Source of the DNA: an uncultured delta proteobacterium
GTDB lineage: Bacteria > Myxococcota_A > UBA9160 > UBA4427
NCBI GenBank assembly: GCA_963822965.1
Contig: CAWGJT010000006.1
Span: 64,001-128,000 of the forward strand
DNA: 64,000 nt
Reading direction: 5' to 3'
Part shown: in pieces, positions 9,237 to 19,061 of the stretch
Layout of the letters: each line of letters begins with the position of its first letter
Numbering within the stretch: the stretch's first letter is position 1
Translations under genes and position numbers: made by a program
The notes under the pieces: generated by a model
Databases searched by the model: none
What the model was told of the DNA's origin: nothing
What the model saw: the letters and a program-made list of their open reading frames with translations, nothing else

Positions 9237-10083
9237 TCAGGTGACGATGCGGTAGAGCACGGTCCCGCGGGCCACCACCCGGCCGTCGGCGCCGCCCGCC
9301 ACCTCGACGTCCGCCCAGAAGCCGTCGCCGTCGCGCTGCACCAGGCGACCGTAGGCCACCAGGTCCTGCTTGCGGGGCGGCGCCAGGATCTGCGCCTGGA
9401 GCGCCGGCGTCGAGGCCTTGTAGGGCCCGGGCCCGGTCTCCGCCCAGGCCGCCATGGCCCCGGTGGTGTCGAGCAGCGCCAGCACCGCGCCTTCGTGCAC
9501 ACCGCCGGCCGGCGTCGGCGTTCGCCTCCGAGAACGGCATGACGATGCGCGAGTGGGCGTTCGTCATGTGCTGGACCACCAGACCTCGTGCCTTCGTGAA
9601 CGGCATCTTGCCGACATGCGGCCCCATGGTCCCCGGATCGGAAGCGCCGTCGTCACCCGCGCTGACGCGAAGCACCGCCGCCGGTGCCCCGAAGCGTCCG
9701 CGCACCATGCTCGTCGAGTGCGCGATGGACTTGCCGTCCGCGGTGGCCACGTCCACCTCGACGAAGCACATGTTCTTGCCCCGTCGCAGCAGGGTTCCCG
9801 TCGCCCGTACGTCCTCGCCGATGGCGGCGGCGAGATAGCTCACCTGCAGGCCGGCGGTATGGAACGGCGCGGCCTCCACCCCCAGCGCCGCCCGGGTCAC
9901 CGCCTGGCCCGCGATGATCGCGAGGGACGCCGCACAGCCCCCGTGCAGGGCCTTGCCGGGGTTCGAGTTGACGTCGTCGTAGGGCAGCTCGAGGGTCACG
10001 CCCGTCTCCGAGAGCTTCTCGCAGCGCACGCCCAGCGCGACCGAGTACGGCGAGCCCTCCACCCAGCCCTGGATCTCGTCCAT
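9237..10083 (-). CDS. PaaI-family thioesterase with two hotdog domains; apparent frameshift near 9500
   Basis: ALHGGCAASL in first domain, VHEGAVLALLDT in second (ORF 9237..9500). Confidence 0.75.
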
Positions 10084-10109
10084 CTCCCCTCCCCTCCTGG
10101 CCGCGTCCC

Positions 10110-11211
10110 TCAGCCCCTTCCGGGCAGCAGGCACGAGTGGATCGATTCCTGCCCCGGAATCTGGCGCGCCAGGGTCTGGATGGCGACCTCGGCCTCCCGC
10201 AGATCGAAGTCGTGCGTGTGCATCTTCGGCGATCTTCGAGCTTCCCGACTCGATCAAGCGGATGGCGCTCCGGTAGCCGGTGGACGTCACGCCGATGGCG
10301 CCGCGCAGCTGGATCTCCTTCAGCACGATCTTGTCCGAGACGAAGTCGGGGATCGGCTGGAAGCCCTTGACGCCCGCAAGCACCACCGTGCCGCCCATGC
10401 GCACGTAGTCGAGGGACTCGGCGACCGGGCGGGTCGCATACGACGAGACGTCCACCACGACGTCGACGCCCCGGCCGTCGGTCAGCTCCCGAACGCGCTG
10501 CTTCACGTTCTCGTTGTCGACGTCGATCGTCTCGTCCGCGCCGAAGCGGCGCGCGAGCGCGAGCTTGCGGGCATCCGCGGCGAGGCCGGTCACGAAGATG
10601 CGATCGGCCCCCGCCTCGCGGCAGGCGATCACGCTGGCGAGGCCCCGCTGTCCCGGGCCGAGGATCAACACCGTGTCGCCCGGGCCGGTCCCGGGGATCT
10701 CCACCGCCCAACGGAAGCCGGCGCCCAACGGATTGAACAGCACGGCGATCTCGGGCGGCAGCTTCGGGTCCACCTTGTGGACGATGCTGTTCGCGTCCAG
10801 AAACATGTGCTCCGCGTAGGCGCCCCACAGGCCGGGCGGCTCGTCCAGCGGGATGTAGGAGTAGATGCGGCGCGAGCGGCACAGGTGGTAGTCGCCCCCG
10901 AGACAGGGACCACAGAAGCGGCACGAGAGCATGGTCTCCACCGCCACCCGGTCGCCCACGTCGACGCCCCAGCGACGGGCGGCGGCGTCGCCGATCCGCT
11001 CGATGACGCCCAGCGGCTCGTGGCCCGGGATCACCGGCATGGGGGTTCGCAGCACGCCCTCGTACTGCTCGTAGTCGCTGCCGCAGATGCCGCAAGCCTC
11101 GATCCGCAGCAGCGCCGTGTCGTCCGTGATGTCGGGAATCGGCAGCTCGCGGGGCTCGAGGGTACGCGGGGCCGTCTGCACCATCGCCAGGGTCGTGCGG
11201 AGACGGGTCAC
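10110..11211 (-). CDS. Zinc-dependent alcohol dehydrogenase (MDR family); apparent frameshift near 10225
   Basis: CGICGSD, GHE, CRFCGPC...C structural Zn site, ILGPGQRG; C-terminus MHTHDFDL...SIHSCLLP continues in another frame. Confidence 0.85.
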
Positions 11212-11360
11212 GTGTCGCGCTCTCCTGCGGCTCTCGCCTGGGCTCGATTCCGGCCCCCGGCGGGCGACGCTTCGCCCGGCTCGGAAGGTCCCGTATTGTG
11301 TCCGACCCGTGCGGGCGCGGCAAAGCGCCGGCGCCGTGCGGCGGCGGGAGGACCCTCGTC

Positions 11361-12320
11361 TTGCGCTTCGAGCTGTTCGCCGAGGTGCGCTGGCCGCCCG
11401 AGGGCGCCGCGACGGCGCCCCGGGACGCGCTCGCCGGCGCGGAGGCCGAGGGTTGGGACGGCGTCTGGCTCGGGGGCACCTCGATCCGGCACGGTGCGCA
11501 GGGCGCGGACGCGGAGAGCGGAATCGAGCCCGATCTCCACCTGCTCGCCGCCCAGCTCGCAGCGACCACCCGCCGGGTGCGGATCGGCGTCGCGGCCACC
11601 GTGGGACCGGGCTTCCACCCGCTGCATCTCGCCGAGGAGATCGCGATGCTCGACATCCTCTCGGGCGGTCGTCTCGACTGGGCGATCGGCGCGCCGGAGG
11701 GTGGCGGCGCGGTCTTCGAAGAGCAGCTCGACGTCGCCCTGCGGGCCCTCACCGGAGAGCGCTTCGCCTACGCCGGCAAGACCTTCCGGATCCCCGAGCT
11801 CGCCTGCCTGCCGAGACCGGTGCAGCGCCCGCCGCCGACGCCCTGGATCGTCGCCCGCTCGCCTGCGGCCGTCGCAGCGGCCGGCGCCCGCGGCCTGCCG
11901 CTCTGGATCGGACCGTTCCAGACCGGGGACGAGATCGCCGACAGCGTTCGCATCCACCGGGAAGCCGCCCGCGCCGCGGGACAGGCGACGGAGCTGCCCG
12001 CGCCGGCGATCGTACGCTTCGTGCACGTGGCGGAGCGCAGCGACCGCGCGCGGGAAGCCGCCATCCGGGCGCTCGCCGCCGCGCAGCAGCGATGGGGCGC
12101 CGGAAGCCGAAGCGCCCGCGAGCTGCTCGAGGACTGCGCGATCGTGGGCGACGAGGCGGAGTGCCGCCGACGAATCGACGACCTGCGCGGGACCCTCGGC
12201 TCCTGGCGCCTCGTCGCCTGGGTGGACGGGACGGGGCTCGATCCGGCGGCCGTCCGCGCCTGCCGGGAGCGCCTCCTCGCCGGCGTCGCGCCGCGCTTTC
12301 GCGCCACTGCGGGCGGCTGA
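11361..12320 (+). CDS. LLM-class (luciferase-like) flavin-dependent oxidoreductase, divergent
   Basis: LAATTRRVRIG, HPLHLAEEIAMLDILSGGRL, PRPVQRP; TTG start after GGGAGGA. Confidence 0.75.
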   Translation: MRFELFAEVRWPPEGAATAPRDALAGAEAEGWDGVWLGGTSIRHGAQGADAESGIEPDLHLLAAQLAATTRRVRIGVAATVGPGFHPLHLAEEIAMLDILSGGRLDWAIGAPEGGGAVFEEQLDVALRALTGERFAYAGKTFRIPELACLPRPVQRPPPTPWIVARSPAAVAAAGARGLPLWIGPFQTGDEIADSVRIHREAARAAGQATELPAPAIVRFVHVAERSDRAREAAIRALAAAQQRWGAGSRSARELLEDCAIVGDEAECRRRIDDLRGTLGSWRLVAWVDGTGLDPAAVRACRERLLAGVAPRFRATAGG

Positions 12321-12410
12321 CGGCGCACCCCGGATCCGCTACCCAATTGGTCCCCTACGAGGCCCGGGAGATCGGGCCCCAAGCGCCCGCAACCACGAGG
12401 ACGACCCATC

Positions 12411-13247
12411 ATGCCCATCGATCCGAGCGCCGTCGGCGCCACCGGCGATCCCGTCAAGCGATCCTGGACCTCCAAGGACTGCCTCCTCTATGCCCTCGGC
12501 GTCGGAGCCGGTCTCGACGACCTGCAGTTCACCACCGAGAACACGCAGAACACACCCCAGCGTGTGCTGCCGACCTTCGCCGTCATCATCGGCGGCGGAG
12601 GCGCCCCCTTCGGCAAGATCGGCACGTTCAACCCCGCCATGCTCGTGCACGGCGAGCAGGCCATCGAGCTGTTCGACGAGATTCCGCCGGAGGGCGAGAT
12701 CGAGAGCACGGGACGCATCTCGGCCATCTGGGACAAGGGCAAGGGCGCGGTCGTCGAGATGACCTCCGAGTCGAAGCTCGTCTCCACCGGCAAGCCGCTG
12801 CTCAAGACCGTGATGTCGGCGTTCATCCGCGGCGAGGGTGGGTTCGGCGGCGAGCGCGGACCCTCGGCGTCGTTCGAGGTGCCGACCCGCAAGCCCGACC
12901 ACCGCGTGAGCTACGAGACGCGCGCCGATCAGGCGCTCCTGTACCGGCTCTCCGGCGACCGCAACCCGCTCCACTCCGACCCGGCGTTCGCCAAGATGGG
13001 CGGCTTCGACCGCCCGATCCTCCACGGGCTCTGCACCTACGGCTTCACGGGTCGGGCGCTCCTGCAGTCCCTGTGCGACAACGACCCGGCCCGCTTCCGG
13101 TCCATGTACGGTCGCTTCTCGAAGCCGGTTCTCCCCGGCGACACCCTCGCCATCGACATGTGGGTGGACGGGAACGAGTGCACGTTCCAGACCAAGAACC
13201 AGGGCGGCGACGTGGTGATCGACTGCGGGAAGGCGACGTTCTCCTGA
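12411..13247 (+). CDS. MaoC-family (R)-enoyl-CoA hydratase/dehydratase
   Basis: LLYALGVG, VHGEQ, LYRLSGDRNPLHSDP, PILHGLCT. Confidence 0.92.
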   Translation: MPIDPSAVGATGDPVKRSWTSKDCLLYALGVGAGLDDLQFTTENTQNTPQRVLPTFAVIIGGGGAPFGKIGTFNPAMLVHGEQAIELFDEIPPEGEIESTGRISAIWDKGKGAVVEMTSESKLVSTGKPLLKTVMSAFIRGEGGFGGERGPSASFEVPTRKPDHRVSYETRADQALLYRLSGDRNPLHSDPAFAKMGGFDRPILHGLCTYGFTGRALLQSLCDNDPARFRSMYGRFSKPVLPGDTLAIDMWVDGNECTFQTKNQGGDVVIDCGKATFS

Positions 13248-13260
13248 ACGCGCACCTCCT

Positions 13261-13317
13261 GGACGCGTGCTCGGGACGGGGGTCGGCCGCGCGGCCGACC
13301 CCCGCCCCGGAGCGTCC
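13261..13317. terminator. GC-rich hairpin between convergent genes; core is a perfect 28-bp palindrome (13277-13304)
   Basis: CGGGGGTCGGCCGCGCGGCCGACCCCCG is self-complementary; flanks GGACGC/GCGTCC extend the stem; no clear U tract. Confidence 0.5.
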
Positions 13318-13362
13318 GCTCGGCTAGGAGCCTGACCCAAGATTTCGTCTCGGGTCGCGCTC

Positions 13363-14736
13363 CTAGGGCCAGATGCCCCGTTCGAGGGCAACCGACGTCA
13401 CCCGGGCGATGGCGAGCACGTAGGCTGCCGTGCGCAGGTCGACGGGCTCGAGCGGCATGTCGGGCACCGGACGTCGCTTGCGCGTCTCCTCCAGCGCCGA
13501 GCGCAGCGCGGGGATGCCCGCGACGAGCTCCGACTGCTTCGTGAGACACGCCTCGGTGGCGCGCACGAGCTTGCGATGCAGCTTGTGGTTCACCTCGTCC
13601 AGGTCCCACTGCTCGTTCTCGGTGTTCTGCACCCACTCGAAGTAGCTCACGATGACGCCGCCCGCGTTGGCGAGGATGTCGGGCACGACGACGACGCCGC
13701 GCTCGGCGAGAATGCGGTCGGCCGCCGGGGTCGTCGGACCGTTCGCGCCCTCGACGACGAGCCGGGCCGACACCCGGCCCGCGTTGTCTCCCCGGATCTG
13801 TCCCCCCACGGCGGCCGGCACCAGGATGTCGCACGGGAGCTCGAGCAGCTCCGCGTTCGTGACCGTCGACGTCCCCGGGGCGCCGGTCACCGTGCCCGCC
13901 TCCTCCCGCTGCCTGCGTAGCGCCTCGAGGTCGAGGCCCTTCTCGTCGAAGACGCCGCCGCGGTGGTCGCTCACCCCGACGATCACCGCGCCCTGCTCCT
14001 GGAAGAGCGACGCCACGTGGCGGCCTACGTTGCCGAAGCCCTGCACGACCAGGCGCGCGCCCGACACCGTCAGGCCGGGAACCACGCCGCGCCGCAGGAT
14101 CTCCTGGGTCACGTAGAGCACGCCGCGGCCGGTCGCCTCCCGGCGTCCCTCGGAGCCCCCGATGTCCACCGGCTTGCCGGTGACCACCGGCAGGTTGTTG
14201 CGGCCCGGGTGGAGCGCGTCGTAGGTGTCGTACACCCACGCCATGGTGCGCGCGTCGGTGTTCATGTCCGGTGCCGGAATGTCGGTCTGGGGCCCGATGA
14301 GGTCCCCGAGCTCCGAGATGTAGCGCCGGGTGATGTGGCGGAGGTCGTCTTCGGTGAGCGCCTTCGGGTCGCACGCCACCCCGCCCTTGGCCCCGCCGAA
14401 GGGCACGTCGACGACCGCGCACTTCCAGGTCATCCAGGAGGCCAGGGCACGAACCTCGTCCGCCGTGACGTCGGGGTGGTAGCGGATGCCTCCCTTGCCC
14501 GGGCCACGAATCCGGCTGTGGAGCACCCGGTGGCCCGTGAACATGCGCACCTCGCCGTCCGCGGTCAGCACGGGGAACTCGACGGTCGTGATGCGCCGGG
14601 GGCGCTTGAAGAACTCGACGAAGCCCGTCCTCAGATCCGGCAGGTAGCAGGTGGCGCGATCGAACTGCTGCCGGGCGATCTGGTAGGGGTTGAGATCCTC
14701 GGACCCGGTCTCCGGGGCCACGCCGTCTTCTGCCAT
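13363..14736 (-). CDS. gdhA: Glu/Leu/Phe/Val dehydrogenase (glutamate dehydrogenase)
   Basis: GKGGIRYHP, FGGAKGG, DIPAPDMNT, VTGKP, QGFGNVG, EGANGP, VSYFEWVQN. Confidence 0.92.
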   Translation of the reverse strand: MAEDGVAPETGSEDLNPYQIARQQFDRATCYLPDLRTGFVEFFKRPRRITTVEFPVLTADGEVRMFTGHRVLHSRIRGPGKGGIRYHPDVTADEVRALASWMTWKCAVVDVPFGGAKGGVACDPKALTEDDLRHITRRYISELGDLIGPQTDIPAPDMNTDARTMAWVYDTYDALHPGRNNLPVVTGKPVDIGGSEGRREATGRGVLYVTQEILRRGVVPGLTVSGARLVVQGFGNVGRHVASLFQEQGAVIVGVSDHRGGVFDEKGLDLEALRRQREEAGTVTGAPGTSTVTNAELLELPCDILVPAAVGGQIRGDNAGRVSARLVVEGANGPTTPAADRILAERGVVVVPDILANAGGVIVSYFEWVQNTENEQWDLDEVNHKLHRKLVRATEACLTKQSELVAGIPALRSALEETRKRRPVPDMPLEPVDLRTAAYVLAIARVTSVALERGIWP

Positions 14737-14877
14737 CGCCTCCTCCTCGGGCCTCGAATCTCGAGCGGAGCGTCCGCCCCACCGGCGAGAATCCCGTATC
14801 GTCAGGGTAGTTCAGCGGGGCGCGAGCGGAGCCGAGCCGGGATGTGCCCCACGGCGGACGCGAGGAGGGCTGGCCCG

Positions 14878-16050
14878 ATGGGCCTCGCGAGCGAGATCCT
14901 GTGCCTGAACTGCGGGTCGTCCTCGCTGAAGTTCGCCCTCTATACGGTGCACGGCGGCGGCGAGTCCCTGCGTGCGGGCGGCGCGGTCGAGGGAATCGGC
15001 CTCGGCACCGGCGCGCTCGAGATCCGCGACGAAGACGGCCGCGTGCTCGGCACCTCGCAGGACGACTCTTCCGACCACGACGCCGCCCTGCAGCTGCTCT
15101 TCCAGACTCTGCGCGAGCGGGGCCTCTCGCAGATCGACGCCGCCGGCCACCGGGTGGTGCACGGCGGCCCCGACCGGAACGGACCGGCGAGGATCGACGC
15201 CGCGCTCCTCGACGAGCTACGGGCGCGCTTCCCCCTGGCGCCGCTGCATCTGCCCCAGGAGCTTCGCGTGATCGAGGCGACGGCAGCCCGCTGGCCCGCC
15301 CTGCCCCAGGTGGCCTGCTTCGACACCGCGTTCCACCGGGACATGCCCGAGGTCTCGAGACGGCTGCCCCTTCCCCGAAGCCTCTTCGACGACGGGGTCC
15401 AGCGCTACGGCTTCCACGGGCTCTCCTACGAGTACGTCCGCGACGCGCTCGGCGACGACGTGAAGGGCCGGGTGATCATCGCCCACCTGGGCAACGGATC
15501 GAGCCTCGTGGCGCTGCGGGACGGCCGTCCGATCGACACGACCATGGGCTTCACGCCGACGGGCGGCGTCATGATGGGGACCCGGACGGGCGACCTCGAC
15601 CCGGGCGTGCTCCTCCACCTGCAAGACCATCGCGGCTGGGACGCCGCCCGGCTCGCGCGGCTCGTCAACCACGAGGCCGGCCTGCTGGGGGTCTCCGGCG
15701 CGAGCGCCGACATGCGCCGGCTGCTCGAGCTGCGGACGCACGACCCCCACGCGGACCAGGCCGTCCGCATGTTCTGTCGCTCGATCCGCCGGGCCATCGG
15801 GGCCCTGGCCACCGAGCTCGGCGGGGTCGACCTGCTGGTCTTCACCGGAGGCATCGGCGAGCACGCAGAGCCCGTACGCCGGGAGATCTGCCAGGGACTC
15901 GCCCACCTCGGGGTGCGCCTCGACCGCGACCCGGGCGCCTCGGCTCGCGCGCCGGCTCCGGCGCCCTGCCGGGTCCTCGTCGTGCCCACCGACGAGAACC
16001 GCGTGATCGCCCGACAGACCCGGCGGGTCGTCTTCGACGCCGGCCCCTAG
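14878..16050 (+). CDS. ackA: Acetate/propionate kinase
   Basis: LNCGSSSLKF, GHRVVHGG, FDTAFH, RYGFHGLSY, HLGNGSS, TMGFTP, FTGGIGE, PTDE. Confidence 0.93.
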   Translation: MGLASEILCLNCGSSSLKFALYTVHGGGESLRAGGAVEGIGLGTGALEIRDEDGRVLGTSQDDSSDHDAALQLLFQTLRERGLSQIDAAGHRVVHGGPDRNGPARIDAALLDELRARFPLAPLHLPQELRVIEATAARWPALPQVACFDTAFHRDMPEVSRRLPLPRSLFDDGVQRYGFHGLSYEYVRDALGDDVKGRVIIAHLGNGSSLVALRDGRPIDTTMGFTPTGGVMMGTRTGDLDPGVLLHLQDHRGWDAARLARLVNHEAGLLGVSGASADMRRLLELRTHDPHADQAVRMFCRSIRRAIGALATELGGVDLLVFTGGIGEHAEPVRREICQGLAHLGVRLDRDPGASARAPAPAPCRVLVVPTDENRVIARQTRRVVFDAGP

Positions 16051-16205
16051 GCTCCCGCCGCCGGCTCCACCGGCCAGCGCCAGTTGCGCACCTCGGGAAG
16101 ATCCTCTCCGTGCTCGCGGATGGCGACCACGAGGTCGGGATTGTCGAACGCGACGCCGAAGGCGTGCATCCGCGTCTTCAGGTCGGACGAGATGGGCTCG
16201 GCCAT
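16047..16205 (-). pseudogene. Internally deleted phosphoketolase (xfp-like) remnant forming an open 52-aa ORF
   Basis: Manual translation MAEPISSDLKTRMHAFGVAFDNPDLVVAIREHGEDLPEVRNWRWPVEPAAGA*; segments match XFP N-terminus, HAxGxxFDNPDL motif and C-terminal GEDxPExxxWxW; GGAGG upstream; next to ackA. Confidence 0.75.
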
Positions 16206-16286
16206 GGCGTGGTGGATCCTCCCAGCAAAGTGCGACGGGGACGTCTCCGCGGCGCGGCCCCGGAGACGTCCCCGTCCGTGTTCCCG

Positions 16287-18809
16287 TCAGCCGCTGCCCG
16301 TCCTCGGGTGCAGGCGCGCGTGAATCCGACCCAGGTGCGCGGCCTCGCGGTGCGACCCGTGTCCGAGCAGGAGAACGGCGCCCCGCTTGATCGCTTCGTT
16401 CGCCAGGAACCAGGCGAACGCGTAGCCCCAGACGAGCCCGGCCAGTCGCCACCCGATGGGCTCCATGAACCAGCCGTACACCGCGAAGAAGGTCGCGGCC
16501 ACCTGGGTGAGCTCGGCGGTCCAGAACAGCACCGGCGCGGGCCAGGGGCGTCTCCAGAAGGGCCGATCGATGCTGCGGGTCAGGTAGATGGTCATGTGAC
16601 CGGCGACGGCCAGCTTGAGGAACATCAAGGTCTGCAGGGTCGGGCGATCGAGGTGCAGCACCTCCTCGCCCAGCCAGAACATGCCGAAGCTCGCGAAGAC
16701 CCCGGCGATTCCGAGGACCGTCGCCAGGGAGAGCACCACGTGCATCTTCCAGCGGACCGGACGGGGATCCACCCGGGTGCGATCGTAGGCGATCATCATG
16801 ATCGGACCGTCGTTGAGCAGCGCCAGCAGGATGATCATCACGGCCGTGACGGGATAGAAGTCGAAGATCAGGATCGAGAAGGTCATGAAGAGCAGCACGC
16901 GGATCGTCTCCGCAATGCGGTAGATCGCGTACGCGGTCATGCGCTCGAAGATGCGGCGCGCCTCCTGGATCGCCTCGACGATCACCGAGAGACCGGGCGC
17001 CGTCAGGACGAGATCCGCCGCGCTCCGCGCCGCATCCGTCGCGCCGGCGACTGCGGTGCCGACGTCGGCCTTCTTCAGGGCCGGTGCGTCGTTCACCCCG
17101 TCTCCGGTCATCCCGACGATGTGGCCCAGCCGCTGGAGGGCTTCGACGATCGCGAACTTGTGCTCCGGGAAGACCTGGGCGAAGCCGTCCGCCGCCTCGA
17201 TCGAGCGGTCGTCGAGGGCCCGACCTTCGGGAAACGCATCCTCGGCGGTGACGATGCGGGTGCCGAGGCCGAGCTGTCCGGCGATCTCGCGCGCAATCGC
17301 GACGTGGTCCCCCGTCACCATCTTCACGTGCACACCCATCTCGGCGGCGGCGCGGAGCGTCTCGGCCGAATCCTCCCGCGGCGGGTCCGAGAAGGGCAGG
17401 ATGCCGAGATAGCGCCAGCCCCCCGCTTCGTCGTCCCGCCGGGCGACGCCCAGGGTGCGATAGCCGCGCGACGCCAGGTCCTCCACGGCCCGGGAGACGG
17501 AAGCGCGAACCGCGTCGGCGTCGTCGCACAGCTCGAGAATCGCCTGGGGCGCGCCCTTGGCGACCTCGAAGCGCTTCCCGCCGCGGCGGATCACGGCGTT
17601 GCTGCGCTTGCGCACCGGGTCGAACGGATCGAAGTGCTCGGTCTCGAACTCGCCGAGCGACGCTGCTCCACCCTGCAGCTGCTCGAAGATCGCCCGCTCG
17701 ATCGGGTCCTGCTCGGGGTCTCGCGACGCCAGGGCCGCGGTCTCCACGATCTCGCTCGCGCTCGCTTCGGCGATGGACACGGGCTCGGTCAGGACGAGCC
17801 GGTTCTGGGTGAGGGTTCCGGTCTTGTCGCAGCACAGGACGTCCAGGCCCGCCATCTCCTCGATGGACACCAGCCGGCTCACGATCGCCTGGTGACGGGC
17901 GAGGCGCACGGCACCCACGGCCATCGCGACCGAGAGCACTGCCGGGAGGGCGACCGGGATCGACGCGACGGTCAGGACCAGGGCGAACTGCACGGTCTCG
18001 AGGAAGGGTGTGTGGCGGAACAGCGCGACGAGGAGCACCAGGCTCACGAGCCCGACCGAGAGCAGGATCAGGAAATGGCCAACCTGGAGCACCGCTTTCT
18101 GGTAGTGGCTCTCGGTTCGGGCTTCTTCGACCAGGCGCGCGGTGCGGCCGAAGTAGCTGTGCATGCCCGTCGCAACGACCAGCGCGTCCATCTCGCCCCG
18201 CTGGACCACCGATCCCGAGAACGCGACGTCGTCGACGTGCTTCGTCACCGGCAGGGATTCCCCGGTGAGGGCCGACTGGTCGATCTCGACCTGGTCGCCG
18301 CCCAGGAGCTTCAGGTCGGCCGGCACCACGTCGCCCAGCCGGACGTGAACGACGTCGCCGGGGACGAGGTCGCTCGCGGGACGGCGCTCCCAAGCGCCGT
18401 CTCGGCGAACCCTTGCCATCAACGCCAGGCGCTGCTTCAGGAGGGCTATGGCGTTGTCGGCCTTGCTCTCCTCCCAGAAGCCGATGGCGGCATTGACCCC
18501 CAACAATGTCAGGATGATCGAGAGCTCGGGCCATTCCCGGACCACCGCCGAGAGGGCGGCGGCGACCTCGATCATCCACGGAATCGGTCCCCAGAAGTAG
18601 CCCAGGAGCTTGAGAAGCGGGTGGACGCGCTTCTCCTCCAGGGCGTTCGGCCCGTACCGCTCGAGGCGCCGCGCGGCCTCGGCATTCGACAGGCCCTCAC
18701 CGGTGGTGGAGAGCTGCTCGAGGACCTTTGCCGAGGGGACGTCCTCGATGGCCCGGACGTCCACCGGCGTCGGCGCGGTGCCCTTCGTCGGAATCTGCGC
18801 CTCACTCAC
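16287..18809 (-). CDS. Plasma-membrane proton-efflux P-type ATPase (type IIIA)
   Basis: DQSALTGES, IPVALPAV, LCCDKTGTLT, KGAPQ, MVTGD, FAQVFPEHK, MTGDGVNDAPAL, IMMIAYD; GTG start after GGAGAG. Confidence 0.92.
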   Translation of the reverse strand: MSEAQIPTKGTAPTPVDVRAIEDVPSAKVLEQLSTTGEGLSNAEAARRLERYGPNALEEKRVHPLLKLLGYFWGPIPWMIEVAAALSAVVREWPELSIILTLLGVNAAIGFWEESKADNAIALLKQRLALMARVRRDGAWERRPASDLVPGDVVHVRLGDVVPADLKLLGGDQVEIDQSALTGESLPVTKHVDDVAFSGSVVQRGEMDALVVATGMHSYFGRTARLVEEARTESHYQKAVLQVGHFLILLSVGLVSLVLLVALFRHTPFLETVQFALVLTVASIPVALPAVLSVAMAVGAVRLARHQAIVSRLVSIEEMAGLDVLCCDKTGTLTQNRLVLTEPVSIAEASASEIVETAALASRDPEQDPIERAIFEQLQGGAASLGEFETEHFDPFDPVRKRSNAVIRRGGKRFEVAKGAPQAILELCDDADAVRASVSRAVEDLASRGYRTLGVARRDDEAGGWRYLGILPFSDPPREDSAETLRAAAEMGVHVKMVTGDHVAIAREIAGQLGLGTRIVTAEDAFPEGRALDDRSIEAADGFAQVFPEHKFAIVEALQRLGHIVGMTGDGVNDAPALKKADVGTAVAGATDAARSAADLVLTAPGLSVIVEAIQEARRIFERMTAYAIYRIAETIRVLLFMTFSILIFDFYPVTAVMIILLALLNDGPIMMIAYDRTRVDPRPVRWKMHVVLSLATVLGIAGVFASFGMFWLGEEVLHLDRPTLQTLMFLKLAVAGHMTIYLTRSIDRPFWRRPWPAPVLFWTAELTQVAATFFAVYGWFMEPIGWRLAGLVWGYAFAWFLANEAIKRGAVLLLGHGSHREAAHLGRIHARLHPRTGSG

Positions 18810-19061
18810 GCCAGCTCTCCTCGTTTGTGCAAAGGGGCTCCCGCTCGCCGGAGTCCGTGTCTCGCGCGACCCGGAATCCCGAGCGGGAGCCTGGTTCGGG
18901 CAGCCCTTTCGCGGGGATGCAAGCCCGAGGCCAAGGGCCACGCCCGAAAATCCGGGCGCGCACGACCGCTCACGGCCCTCGAGGGCACGTGCCTGGGGTG
19001 TTCTGCCACTGCGGTGGGCACCGTCCCGGGTCTGGGGTCTCGTCCGGCCGTGCGCGCCGCA

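Noticed and set aside
9073..11211. Zn-ADH / thioesterase fusion
   Set aside because: The proper ADH C-terminus and stop lie in another frame, and the thioesterase has its own RBS/ATG; a single indel explains it
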